This document shows positions 55,512-64,000 of a DNA stretch of 64,000 nucleotides, piece by piece. Under the pieces are notes generated by a model. The model did not search any database. It was not told the DNA's origin and worked only from the letters and a program-made list of their open reading frames with translations. Source of the DNA: Spirochaetia bacterium (lineage in GTDB: Bacteria > Spirochaetota > Spirochaetia > SZUA-6 > Bin103); contig CBDBOV010000004.1 in NCBI GenBank assembly GCA_965208575.1, forward strand, positions 288,001 to 352,000. Reading direction: 5' to 3'. Position numbers and translations under genes: made by a program. Every line of letters begins with the position of its first letter. Within the stretch, counting starts at the first letter, position 1.

Positions 55512-57158
55512 CTACTGCATCGCGGCTGCGGCGTCCATCGCCTCCTGGAAGGTGTCGACGTACTCCTGGATGCCCAGGGCATCGAGGCCGGCAACGTAGG
55601 CATCCCAATCGCTGTCCAGGTCCTTCTGGCCGGTGATGAATGCAGCCATGTGCTGGCGCACGTAGGTCTGTGTCTCGGCCTGAATCTGGGCGATCCGCTG
55701 GGCGACCTCTTCGGGGAAGTAGAGTCCGCCCGAAGTACCGCGGCCAATCGGAATGCGCATGTCCGGCGGCGGCACGTGCGGGATGTACTTGTCGCTCTCC
55801 ACGACCAGGAACCGCTCGTAACCGGCGATTGAGGTGATGTCCTGATCAGCCACCCAGCCGTTGAACAGGTCGAAGTGCCAGAAGATCAGCTCCATTCTCC
55901 AGGTGTCCCTGCTCGGCGGAGCGTCCGCGGCATGCGGTGCACCCCAGTAGATGCCGGGCTGGCCGTTCAGGCCCAGTTCGCCCTCCTTGGCCCAACGCCA
56001 GTTGACCTTGCCCTCGGAGTTCGTCGGCAGGCCAAAGATCTCCATGATCGTGCCTTCTTCGGTATAGGCGAAGTTGGCCATCTCCATCGCCTTGCGCGCC
56101 TGGGCGTCGCTCGCCTTGTCGGTGATGGCGAACTTCCCACGGCTGACGCCGGAGGGCCAGTAAGCGGTCTGGCGCAGACCCGTGGGACCCATCAGCGGCG
56201 GTACCGCCCGGTACTGCGGCCATAGGCTGTCGTCGGTGTCACGCGGAAACATGCGGTTGTGACCCGCGGTGTAGGAGCCGATCACGGTCGTTTCAGCGTT
56301 CATCACCGCGCGTCCGGCATCGAGGTTCTGGGTGAATGCCTGCGGGTCGATCAGCCCCTGCTTGTACAGGTTGTGCATGTAACGCAGGCCCTCACGCCAC
56401 TCCGGTTTGTTGGCGTTGAAGTCCACTTCCTTGTTGTGGTTCATGTACAGGTAACTGGCGCCGTCGTTGTAGATGAACGGATTCATCGGGTAGTCGTAGA
56501 CGTCCGCGGACCAGGTGCCGGTGGCGCCGGTCAAGGGGATCTCGTCCGCTTCGCCGTTGCCATTGGGATCCTGATGCTTGAAAGCCAGCAGCACCGCCTC
56601 CAGGTCGTCGGTGGTGTCGGGCACCTGCAGGCCCAGGTTGTCCAGCCAGGTGTTGTTCATCCACAACTTCTGCCGCACTGAGCAGTGGTAGCACTCCTCG
56701 AAGTGGGGCAGCGTGTAGATGTTGCCGTCCGGCGTGGTGATCTCGGGCCGGAAGTAGGGCTTGAACTCGAACGCGGCCAGAATGTCCGGAGCATGGTCGA
56801 TCAGGTCGTTCAGCGGTTGCAGAACGCCCTGGCCGCCGTAGCGCATCTGGTCGGCGTTGGTGAAGTTGCCCGACCAGAAGATCTCCGGATAGTCACCGGA
56901 TGCCAACAGCAGGCTCTGCTTCTCTCTCGCCTCCTGGCTCGGCACCACCACCCATTCGATCTTTACGCCGAATTTCTCTTCCATCCAGACGGTGTACTCG
57001 TTTTCCGGCGAATCCACGGTCTCGACTCTCGGGGATATTCTGCCGAACATGGTCAGGCTGACCACGTCTCCCGAGGCAGCGGCCTCGCCCTCGCCCGCGG
57101 CGAAGGCCAACGTGCCGGCCAACAGCAGTACGGCCAGCGTCAATAGAGTCTTTCTCAC
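55512..57158 (-). CDS. Extracellular solute-binding protein (paralog of 53743..55383)
   Basis: Same motifs; GTG start with AAGGAGGAG RBS. Confidence 0.92.
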   Translation of the reverse strand: MRKTLLTLAVLLLAGTLAFAAGEGEAAASGDVVSLTMFGRISPRVETVDSPENEYTVWMEEKFGVKIEWVVVPSQEAREKQSLLLASGDYPEIFWSGNFTNADQMRYGGQGVLQPLNDLIDHAPDILAAFEFKPYFRPEITTPDGNIYTLPHFEECYHCSVRQKLWMNNTWLDNLGLQVPDTTDDLEAVLLAFKHQDPNGNGEADEIPLTGATGTWSADVYDYPMNPFIYNDGASYLYMNHNKEVDFNANKPEWREGLRYMHNLYKQGLIDPQAFTQNLDAGRAVMNAETTVIGSYTAGHNRMFPRDTDDSLWPQYRAVPPLMGPTGLRQTAYWPSGVSRGKFAITDKASDAQARKAMEMANFAYTEEGTIMEIFGLPTNSEGKVNWRWAKEGELGLNGQPGIYWGAPHAADAPPSRDTWRMELIFWHFDLFNGWVADQDITSIAGYERFLVVESDKYIPHVPPPDMRIPIGRGTSGGLYFPEEVAQRIAQIQAETQTYVRQHMAAFITGQKDLDSDWDAYVAGLDALGIQEYVDTFQEAMDAAAAMQ

Positions 57159-57220
57159 TTGGAAAGCTCCTCCTTGCATTTGTGATTTCCCGGTGCAACG
57201 CACCGTAGTGGAATCCATGG

Positions 57221-58141
57221 TCAACCCTTCAGCGATCCGATCATCACACCCTTGACAAAGTGTTTTTGAGCAAAGGGATAGAGAACCATCACGGGCACGC
57301 TTGCGATCACGATTACGGCGTACTTGAGGATGTCGATCAGGCCCTCGCGGGCGATCTCCTCACTGGCACGCATGGTGGCGCGGGTGGCGTCATTGAGAAT
57401 CAACACGTTGCGCAGGATGATCTGCAGCGGAAACAGGTCGGTCTGGTGCAGGTACACGAGTGCGTCGAAGTAGGCGTTCCAGTGCCCGACCGCATACAAC
57501 AGGACCAGCACCGCGATGATCGGCTTCGACAGCGGCAGCACCACCGCCCACACGAAGCCCAGGTCGCTGCAGCCGTCGATGTCCGCCGCCTCCACCAGTT
57601 CATCGGCGATGGTGGACTGGAAGAAGGTGCGTGCGATGATCACCTGCCACACCGCCAGCGCCTGCGGCAGCACCATCGCCAGACGCGTGTTGAGAATGCC
57701 CACGGCACGGACCGTCAGGTAGGTCGGAATCAGGCCGCCGTAGAACATGAGCGTGAACACCAGTCCCATCATGATCACCTTGCGGCCGTAGAAGTCGCGC
57801 CGCGACAGCGGGTAGGCGATCAGGATGGTCATGACCACGTTGATCAGCGTGCCGAATGCTGTGTAAATGACGCTGTTCTGGAAGCCGCGCAGGATCTGCG
57901 GGTATGCGAACGCGGTCTGGTACCCGTGCAGGGTCGGCTCGACGGGCAGCAGCCACACCTTGCCGGTGGTCACCGCGTGCCCGGAACTGAACGAGGAACT
58001 GATCACGTAGATGAGCGGATACAGCACCATGATCAAGATGAGGGAGAGGAACATGGTCACGAACACCAGGAACACCCGGTCGCCGAACGACTCCCGGATG
58101 CGGGTGCCCGGCAGCCGCGCCGCGGCGGACTCGGTCACCAC
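57221..58141 (-). CDS. Carbohydrate ABC transporter permease (LplC-like)
   Basis: AYPLSR, GGLIP.YL, ELVEAA.IDG, LPLSKP, WN.YF, YPF.QKHF.KG. Confidence 0.92.
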   Translation of the reverse strand: MVTESAAARLPGTRIRESFGDRVFLVFVTMFLSLILIMVLYPLIYVISSSFSSGHAVTTGKVWLLPVEPTLHGYQTAFAYPQILRGFQNSVIYTAFGTLINVVMTILIAYPLSRRDFYGRKVIMMGLVFTLMFYGGLIPTYLTVRAVGILNTRLAMVLPQALAVWQVIIARTFFQSTIADELVEAADIDGCSDLGFVWAVVLPLSKPIIAVLVLLYAVGHWNAYFDALVYLHQTDLFPLQIILRNVLILNDATRATMRASEEIAREGLIDILKYAVIVIASVPVMVLYPFAQKHFVKGVMIGSLKG

Positions 58142-59106
58142 AGGCTGTGCTCCGAGACGCGCCGCGCAATGGCGTTGATGACGATGATGAGGGTGAAGTT
58201 GATCACCGAGTTGAACAGGCCGACCGCGGCGCCGAAGCTGAAGCTGGCGTTGATCAGGCCGATCTTGTACACGTAGGTGGCGATCACCTCGGAGTTGGGC
58301 AGGTTGAGCGGGTTCTGCAGCAGGAACACCTTTTCGAAGCCGAGGTTCATCACCTCCCCGGACTGCAGGATGAGCAGGATGATGATGGTCGGCAGAATGC
58401 CGGTCAGGTCGATGTGGCGGATCTTCTGCAGGCGCGAGGCGCCGTCGATGCGCGCCGCCTCATACAGCTCCGGGTTGATGCCGGCGAGCGCGGCCATGTA
58501 GATGATGGCGCCGAACCCGGAGCGCTGCCAGATCTCCGAGAACACGTAGATCCACGGGAACGCCGCCGCAATGCCCATGAAGTCGACCGGCTCCCACCCC
58601 AGGAGGCGTGCCAGGTTGCCGGTGAATCCGACCCGCGGGTTGAGGAACAGGATGATCATCGACGCCATCACCACGGTGGAGATGAAGTGCGGGAAGTAGG
58701 TGACCATCTGCACCGAGCGCTTGAATGCGATGCTGCGCATCTCGTTGAGCGCGAGCGCCAGGATGATCGGCGACACGAAGCCGAGCGTCATCACCAGCAC
58801 GTTGATCGCCACCACGTTGCGGATCAGCGGGAAGAAGTTGGGCGACTTGAAGAACAGCAGGAAGTGTTCCAGCCCGACCCACTCGCTGCCCCAGATGCCC
58901 TGCACCGGCGAGTAGTCGCGGAACGCGATCTGGGCGCCCACCATCGGGATGTACTTGAAGATGATGACGTAGGCCAGCGGCAGCGCCACCATCAGGTAGT
59001 ACTGCCAGTGACGGCGTATCTTCATCCATGGCGTCCTGCGCCTGGCCGCGGCCTGCGCGCCGGCGGTCTCCACGCGCAAGGCGCCCGCGGTGTCGACGTT
59101 GCCCAT
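58135..59106 (-). CDS. Carbohydrate ABC transporter permease (LplB-like)
   Basis: FKY.PM.G, WVGL.HF, PHFIS, LYEAARIDGA, GFEK; GGAGG RBS before ATG 59106. Confidence 0.92.
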   Translation of the reverse strand: MGNVDTAGALRVETAGAQAAARRRTPWMKIRRHWQYYLMVALPLAYVIIFKYIPMVGAQIAFRDYSPVQGIWGSEWVGLEHFLLFFKSPNFFPLIRNVVAINVLVMTLGFVSPIILALALNEMRSIAFKRSVQMVTYFPHFISTVVMASMIILFLNPRVGFTGNLARLLGWEPVDFMGIAAAFPWIYVFSEIWQRSGFGAIIYMAALAGINPELYEAARIDGASRLQKIRHIDLTGILPTIIILLILQSGEVMNLGFEKVFLLQNPLNLPNSEVIATYVYKIGLINASFSFGAAVGLFNSVINFTLIIVINAIARRVSEHSLW

Positions 59107-59207
59107 CAAACCTCCGTATTGCGACTGATGGTGAGGATGGCGTGAGTGCTCGGTAATATATACTGACGCCACGGAGCAGTGTCGAGTGCCGGTCAACGCC
59201 CGCAACG

Positions 59208-59230
59208 CCGGTCAGCCGGTCACCCGGTCA
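59208..59230 (+). repeat. Three tandem CCGGTCA units with 8-bp period
   Basis: Copies at 59208, 59216, 59224; another copy at 59189. Confidence 0.6.
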
Positions 59231-59285
59231 GCCGCCGAACCTGGCGAAGTGATCGTCTGCGCCCACACCCGACCGGGTCAGACGG

Positions 59286-60446
59286 TCAGGCGATGACCTC
59301 GCCGGCCCACAGCCGGCTCAGGAAGCGCCGCCAGGGCACGATGCGAACGCCGCCGACGTCGCGCTCCTCCGGCTCCACGCTCACCACCAGCGCTGCCCGC
59401 GGCCGGTGTTCCTGCGCGAACGCGCGCAGGGGCCGCAGATCCCGGTCGCGAACGTGCGAGGAGCCCTTCACCGCGACCGCCACCTCCCCCGCGCCGAGGA
59501 TGAAGTCCACTTCCAGCCCCGAGCGAGTGCGCCAGAAGTGGATGTCGTACTGCAGTTCGCTGTACGATGCGTGCGCCGTCAACTCCATCAGGACAAAGTG
59601 TTCCAGGGCTTGCCCGAACTGCTCGCCGCGCGGCTCGGCAATGCGGCGCTTGACCAATGCCCCGGCGACGCCGACGTCGAACAGGTAGAACTTCGGGGTC
59701 CGCGACAGCACTCGCCGGTCCTGGCGCTTGCGGTACGGCGGCACCATTCTCCCGAGGAGCGTGTCGGACAGGATCTGGTAGTACTCCCGGACCGTCTTGG
59801 CGTCGACGCCGCAGTCGCGGGCGATGTTCGTGTAGTTGGTGAGCTGACCGTGCGAGTAGCCGACCGCCTCGAAGAAGCGCGCGAACGCGGCCACGTTTCG
59901 CGTCAGGCCCTCGGCAAAGACCTCCTCCGACAGGTAGTCGCGCACGTAGGCGTCAAGCGACTTGCGATAGCCGTCGGACAGGTAGTGGGACGGAATCATG
60001 CCCCGGTTCAGCGCCCGCAGAAGATCCACGTTGCCCAGCTCGGCGGTGACGAACGGGAACATCTCGTACCGCCACGCCCGCCCGCCGAGCAGGTTCGCCC
60101 GGCCGCGCTTCAGCTTGCGCGCGCTCGAACCGCACAGGATGAACCTCAGGCCGCGGTTCTCGATGAGCCAATGGACCTCGTCCAGCAGCTCGGGCACCTT
60201 CTGCACTTCGTCGATGATCACCGGCTTGGCCAGCAGGTGCTCGGTCTGGGCCAGGAGCCGCTCGCGCAACAGCGCCGGTCGCCGAAGCAGGGCGATGACC
60301 AGATCGGAATCGAGCAGGTCGAAACGCACGCTGTCGGGGAATCGGTGCTGCAGGTAGGTCGACTTGCCGGTCTTGCGGGCGCCCCACAGGAATGCCGACT
60401 GCCGCTGCGGCAGACCGACGTCGAGGACCCTGGTGGTAGGTGTCAT
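59286..60446 (-). CDS. AAA_14/DUF4143 ATP-binding protein
   Basis: GARKTGKS, IIDEVQ, CGSSARKL, LLGGRA, KFYLFDVG, EVDFIL. Confidence 0.9.
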   Translation of the reverse strand: MTPTTRVLDVGLPQRQSAFLWGARKTGKSTYLQHRFPDSVRFDLLDSDLVIALLRRPALLRERLLAQTEHLLAKPVIIDEVQKVPELLDEVHWLIENRGLRFILCGSSARKLKRGRANLLGGRAWRYEMFPFVTAELGNVDLLRALNRGMIPSHYLSDGYRKSLDAYVRDYLSEEVFAEGLTRNVAAFARFFEAVGYSHGQLTNYTNIARDCGVDAKTVREYYQILSDTLLGRMVPPYRKRQDRRVLSRTPKFYLFDVGVAGALVKRRIAEPRGEQFGQALEHFVLMELTAHASYSELQYDIHFWRTRSGLEVDFILGAGEVAVAVKGSSHVRDRDLRPLRAFAQEHRPRAALVVSVEPEERDVGGVRIVPWRRFLSRLWAGEVIA

Positions 60447-60723
60447 GACGGGAACGAACTCCTGATTTGCCAAGTTAACACGAATCAAGATCCAGGAATA
60501 CTCCCCCACCGTGACGTAGCCACGGCGGCGGGGGCACGTGACGCACGTCCACCAGCCGGCAGGCCGCCCGGCGCACCCGCTGTCAGCCCCGTCGCGGCGC
60601 CCGCGCGGGGACACGGTTACGATACGAAGTGTCCTAAATGATTACCAACAATAGATGTACTTTCATGCCACAGGTGCCAAATATTTATTGACTAATCGTT
60701 CCAATCACTTCACATTCTCGGGC

Positions 60724-63700
60724 ATGGACGGTGTGACGCGCATGGATCGGCAGGCCGGAGAAGCGGTGCACGATGGGCGCGCCGCCACTGCGGCGGCGTG
60801 GGCGGGAGGTTGTGCGGGGCTTGCGGTTTGCGATAACCGGAAGACGAGACAGACCGGCAGCCCCGTGGGTGAGCATGGCGCCGGCTGCGATCTCCGCATC
60901 GGCCGTCGGGGGCGCAGGCGGCGCGGCTCCTGGTGCGCGTTCGCCGCCGCGCTGGCCCTGCTGCTCGGCGCCGGGGCGGCGCAGGCGCAGACAGATACGG
61001 ATCCGCCGGAGCTGATCGCCGGCACGATCCACCAGAAGTCCGTGAAGCTGTACTTCAACGAGGACCTGGACACGACGGGCACCGCCCCCGCCGGGAGCCA
61101 GTTCGAGCTGTCCGGCACGACTACCACTACCGCCGGCTTCGGGACCATCAGCGGCGTCATGATCAGCGGGAGCGAGATCACGATGACGACGACCAACGCC
61201 TCGACCACGACCGAGACGGTCACCCTGGCCATCTCCACCACCACCGGGATCCAGGACCCTGCCGGCAATGCCCTGGCGCCGGTTTCGTCGTTCACGCTGA
61301 CCAACACCGCCGGCACCGACCCCGGCAAGCCGGCGCTGTCGACGGCGACGGTGAACGGGGACACGCTGACGCTGACCTACGACAAGACGTTGCATCCCGG
61401 CCGCGTACCGCAGACGAGCGCCTTCACGGTCGCGGGAACGGCGACCGCCACGACCGTGACCGGTGTCTCCGTTCCCCCCAACGGCACGGACGTGGTGCTG
61501 ACGCTGAGCACGGCGGTGACGCACGGCGAGTCCGGCATCACCGTGAGCTACAGCAAGGCGAATGCGCCCCGGACCCAGAACATGTGGGGCACGCAAGCGG
61601 ACGCGCTGACCACCCAGGCGGTGACCAACAAGACGCCGCCGGCGTTCCAGAGCGCGGCGGTGAACGGAGCCACGCTGACGGTGACGTTCGACGCGAACCT
61701 GAAGGCGACCCCGGCGCCGGCGGGCAGCGCGTTCACGCTGAGCGACGGAAAGAGCGGCACCGGCACGGCGAGCATCTCCGGGGCCACGGCGACGGTGACG
61801 CTGGACGCGGCGGTGGCGCACGGCGCGACGGTGACGGTGAGCTACGCCAAGCCCGCCAGCAACCCGCTGCAGGACGCCGCCGGCAACGAGGTGGTGGACT
61901 TCGCCGGACAGGCGGTGACCAACAACACCCCGGACACCCCGCCGGCGTTCGAGAGCGCGAGGGTGGACGGAGACAGGCTGGCGGTGATGTTCGACGAGCA
62001 CCTGGACGGAGACTCGGCGCCGGCGGGCAGCGCATTCACGTTGAGCGACGGCAAGAGCGGCACCGGCACGGCGGACATCTCCGGTGCCACGGCGATGGTC
62101 ACCCTGGACGCGGCGGTGGCGCCCGGCGCGGCGGTGACGGTGAGCTACACCAAGCCGGCCAGCGACCCGCTGCAGGACGCCGCCGGCAACGCCGTGCAGA
62201 ACTTCGCCGGCAACGCGGTGACCAACACCACGCCGCGGCCGCCGGCCGCGCCGGTGAACGGCGCGCCGGTGGCCGACGTGGGCGCCGACCAGGTGGTGGC
62301 GGTGGGGGCGGCGGTGACGCTCGACGGCTCCGGCAGCAGCGACCCGGACGGCGACCCGCTGACCTACGCCTGGACGCAGACCGGCGGCACGGCGGTGACG
62401 CTCGACGACGCCGGTGCGGCGCAGCCTACCTTCACCGCGCCTGCCGCGCCGGCGGAACTGGTGTTCGCGCTGACCGTGCACGACGGGGCGGCCGGCAGTG
62501 CCGCCGACACGGTCACGGTCACGGTGCGCGCGGCGGCCCCGGCCGCTCCCGTGCAACTGACCACCACCGCGATGGACGCGGCGGTGCGGCTGCGCTGGAG
62601 CATGGGCGGTGACGGCGGCTCGCCGGTGCTGCGCCACGAGTACCGGCAGAGCAGCGACGGGGGCGGGCGCTGGAGCGACTGGCGGGCTATCCCGGACAGC
62701 GCGCCGGGCGAGGCGAACGCGAGCGGCTTCACGGTCCACGGGCTCACCAACGGCATGGCGTACTCCTTCAGGGTACGCGCCGTGAACGTCGCCGGGGCCG
62801 GGCCGGGGTCGGCGCCGGCGGCGCCGGCGATGCCGCGCGTCAACCGGGCGCCGACGGCAGACGCCGGGCCGGACCGGCGTGTGGACGCCGGCGCCGCGGT
62901 AAGGCTGGACGGCTCCGGCAGCAGCGACCCGGACGGCGATCCGCTGACCTACGCGTGGCGGCAGACCGGCGGCACGGCGGTGACGCTCGACGACGCGGCG
63001 GCGGTGCGGCCGGCGTTCACGGCGCCGGCGCTGTCCGGCGAGCTGGAGTTTGCGCTGACGGTGACCGATCCGGAAGGGGCCGCCGGCAGCGACAGAGTGA
63101 CGGTACGGGTGCAGACCGATGCGGCGCTGCGCATGCAGCGGGCGAACGAGCGGATGCTGCCGCAGGTGTTGCGGGCGACTGCGGCCGGCACGCTGGCGGT
63201 GGTGGCGGAGCGCATCGAGCAGGCCGCCGCGGGGCGGATGCCGGGCGGCGGAGTGCTGCAGGTGGCGGCGCCGTTCGGGGGGCGGCCGGGTGTGTACGCG
63301 GTCGCGGACGCGCTGCCGCAGGTGGCGGACGGCGCCGCGTTCGCGCTGCCGCTGGCGTTGGCGGCGGGCGGCGTTGACGACGGGCCGGAGGCCGGGCAAG
63401 GGATGCTGTCGACGCTGACGGTCTGGGGCAGCGGCGACTACCGCAGCCTCGGCGACGGACCGGCCGCCGGCGCGGCTGGCGTGCGCTGGGACGGCGCCCT
63501 GCTGAGCGCGCACCTGGGCGTGGACCTGCGCCCGGCGCCGCACGTGCTGACCGGCCTGGCGCTGTCGTGGACGCAGGGGGCGTTCGATTACACCGACACC
63601 ACCGGCGGCGGCGCGCTGCGGGGTACCTGGAACAGCAGGCTGCTGGGGTTGCATCCGTACCTGAGCTGGGCGATGCCGCGGCTGGGGCTGTGGGTCACCG

Positions 63701-64000
63701 GCGGCGTCGGCTGGGGCGACGTGGTGATCGACGACGCGGCGGCGCCGGCGGCGGAGCGCGAGTCACTCAGCGCCCTGACCCAGATGCAGGCGGCCGGCGG
63801 TGGGCGGATGACGCTGCTGGAAGCGGACCTGCTGCCGGGCGGGCGCAGCAGCGCGGCGCTGAAGGCGGAGGCGTCGCTGGTGCAGGGCACGCTGCGCGGC
63901 AACGCGCAGCTCGCGCGGCTGACGGTGACCGCGCTGACGTCGCGGCTGCTGCTGGAGGGTCGCCACGAGCAGGAGTTGGGCGGCGGGTCGCGGCTGACGC
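60724..64000 (+). CDS. Large surface adhesin/autotransporter: 4 SwmB-like repeats, PKD, FN3, PKD, autotransporter beta-barrel (3' end outside window; start 60724, 60742 or 60865)
   Basis: Hand-translated frame +1 is open to the window end: signal ALLLGAGAAQA|Q, repeats with LTLT(Y/F)D..L / VSY / QD.AGN, LDGSGSSDPDGDPLTYAW, GLTNG..Y.FRVRAVN, and WGSGDY, LGVD, HPYLSW barrel strands. Confidence 0.85.
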   Translation, partial: MDGVTRMDRQAGEAVHDGRAATAAAWAGGCAGLAVCDNRKTRQTGSPVGEHGAGCDLRIGRRGRRRRGSWCAFAAALALLLGAGAAQAQTDTDPPELIAGTIHQKSVKLYFNEDLDTTGTAPAGSQFELSGTTTTTAGFGTISGVMISGSEITMTTTNASTTTETVTLAISTTTGIQDPAGNALAPVSSFTLTNTAGTDPGKPALSTATVNGDTLTLTYDKTLHPGRVPQTSAFTVAGTATATTVTGVSVPPNGTDVVLTLSTAVTHGESGITVSYSKANAPRTQNMWGTQADALTTQAVTNKTPPAFQSAAVNGATLTVTFDANLKATPAPAGSAFTLSDGKSGTGTASISGATATVTLDAAVAHGATVTVSYAKPASNPLQDAAGNEVVDFAGQAVTNNTPDTPPAFESARVDGDRLAVMFDEHLDGDSAPAGSAFTLSDGKSGTGTADISGATAMVTLDAAVAPGAAVTVSYTKPASDPLQDAAGNAVQNFAGNAVTNTTPRPPAAPVNGAPVADVGADQVVAVGAAVTLDGSGSSDPDGDPLTYAWTQTGGTAVTLDDAGAAQPTFTAPAAPAELVFALTVHDGAAGSAADTVTVTVRAAAPAAPVQLTTTAMDAAVRLRWSMGGDGGSPVLRHEYRQSSDGGGRWSDWRAIPDSAPGEANASGFTVHGLTNGMAYSFRVRAVNVAGAGPGSAPAAPAMPRVNRAPTADAGPDRRVDAGAAVRLDGSGSSDPDGDPLTYAWRQTGGTAVTLDDAAAVRPAFTAPALSGELEFALTVTDPEGAAGSDRVTVRVQTDAALRMQRANERMLPQVLRATAAGTLAVVAERIEQAAAGRMPGGGVLQVAAPFGGRPGVYAVADALPQVADGAAFALPLALAAGGVDDGPEAGQGMLSTLTVWGSGDYRSLGDGPAAGAAGVRWDGALLSAHLGVDLRPAPHVLTGLALSWTQGAFDYTDTTGGGALRGTWNSRLLGLHPYLSWAMPRLGLWVTGGVGWGDVVIDDAAAPAAERESLSALTQMQAAGGGRMTLLEADLLPGGRSSAALKAEASLVQGTLRGNAQLARLTVTALTSRLLLEGRHEQELGGGSRLT
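61633..62235 (+). repeat. 303-bp tandem intragenic duplication (SwmB-like repeats 3 and 4)
   Basis: Near-identical DNA at 61713 and 62016 onward (GGCGCCGGCGGGCAGCGC..AGCGACGG.AAGAGCGGCACCGGCACGGCG). Confidence 0.88.
62323..62996 (+). repeat. Direct repeat of PKD-domain core (copies start at 62323 and 62908)
   Basis: GACGGCTCCGGCAGCAGCGACCCGGACGGCGA.CCGCTGACCTACGC...CAGACCGGCGGCACGGCGGTGACGCTCGACGACGC occurs twice. Confidence 0.85.

Noticed and set aside
60500-60723. Possible riboswitch (e.g. c-di-GMP) upstream of the adhesin
   Set aside because: AT-rich and promoter-like, but I could not identify conserved aptamer motifs; an Infernal scan would be needed
60685-63654. 989-aa minus-strand Arg/His-rich ORF
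   Set aside because: Antisense shadow of the autotransporter; stop-poor because of high GC and repeats
1-64000. tRNA, rRNA, IS elements, integrases, prophage genes
   Set aside because: No cloverleaf, rRNA-like, transposase, recombinase or phage structural signatures recognised

Overview
A very GC-rich bacterial window (about 70% by eye), densely coding, with about 55 genes. I see no rRNA, tRNA, CRISPR array, transposase or integrase. It is a patchwork of catabolic and uptake genes: partial iolE, an SDR, two ThDP enzymes, an mhpA-like flavin monooxygenase with a VOC extradiol dioxygenase, uxuA, four GH32 and one GH4 glycosidases, and two MFS paralogs. There are also two Opp-like and one CUT1 ABC cassettes with no ATPase, a desaturase-like oxygenase, TauD and two PhyH-family Fe/2OG enzymes. 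A metal-homeostasis block holds an Ig/PD40 protein, a TIGR03943-like subunit, a His-rich permease, ferritin and fbpBC. The rest is intact and decayed type II TA loci, two AAA_14/DUF4143 ATPases, and a large SwmB/PKD/FN3 autotransporter that runs off the right end and is missing from the ORF track. The gene content and SBP signal peptides suggest a host-associated (possibly sponge) spirochaete-like organism; that is inference only. The most interesting leads are: (1) PhyH enzymes whose Fe-binding HxD is replaced by HxG or HxV, HxG being the signature of Fe/2OG halogenases; (2) a shared Cys-free (F/W)A-x-G-x-x-E motif on all four SBPs; (3) the three-gene metal module; (4) a GH32 lacking the acid/base Glu; (5) an orphan RiPP-type PIMT; (6) repeated leaderless-promoter geometry. 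All family assignments come from motif recognition by eye; no database searches were run.
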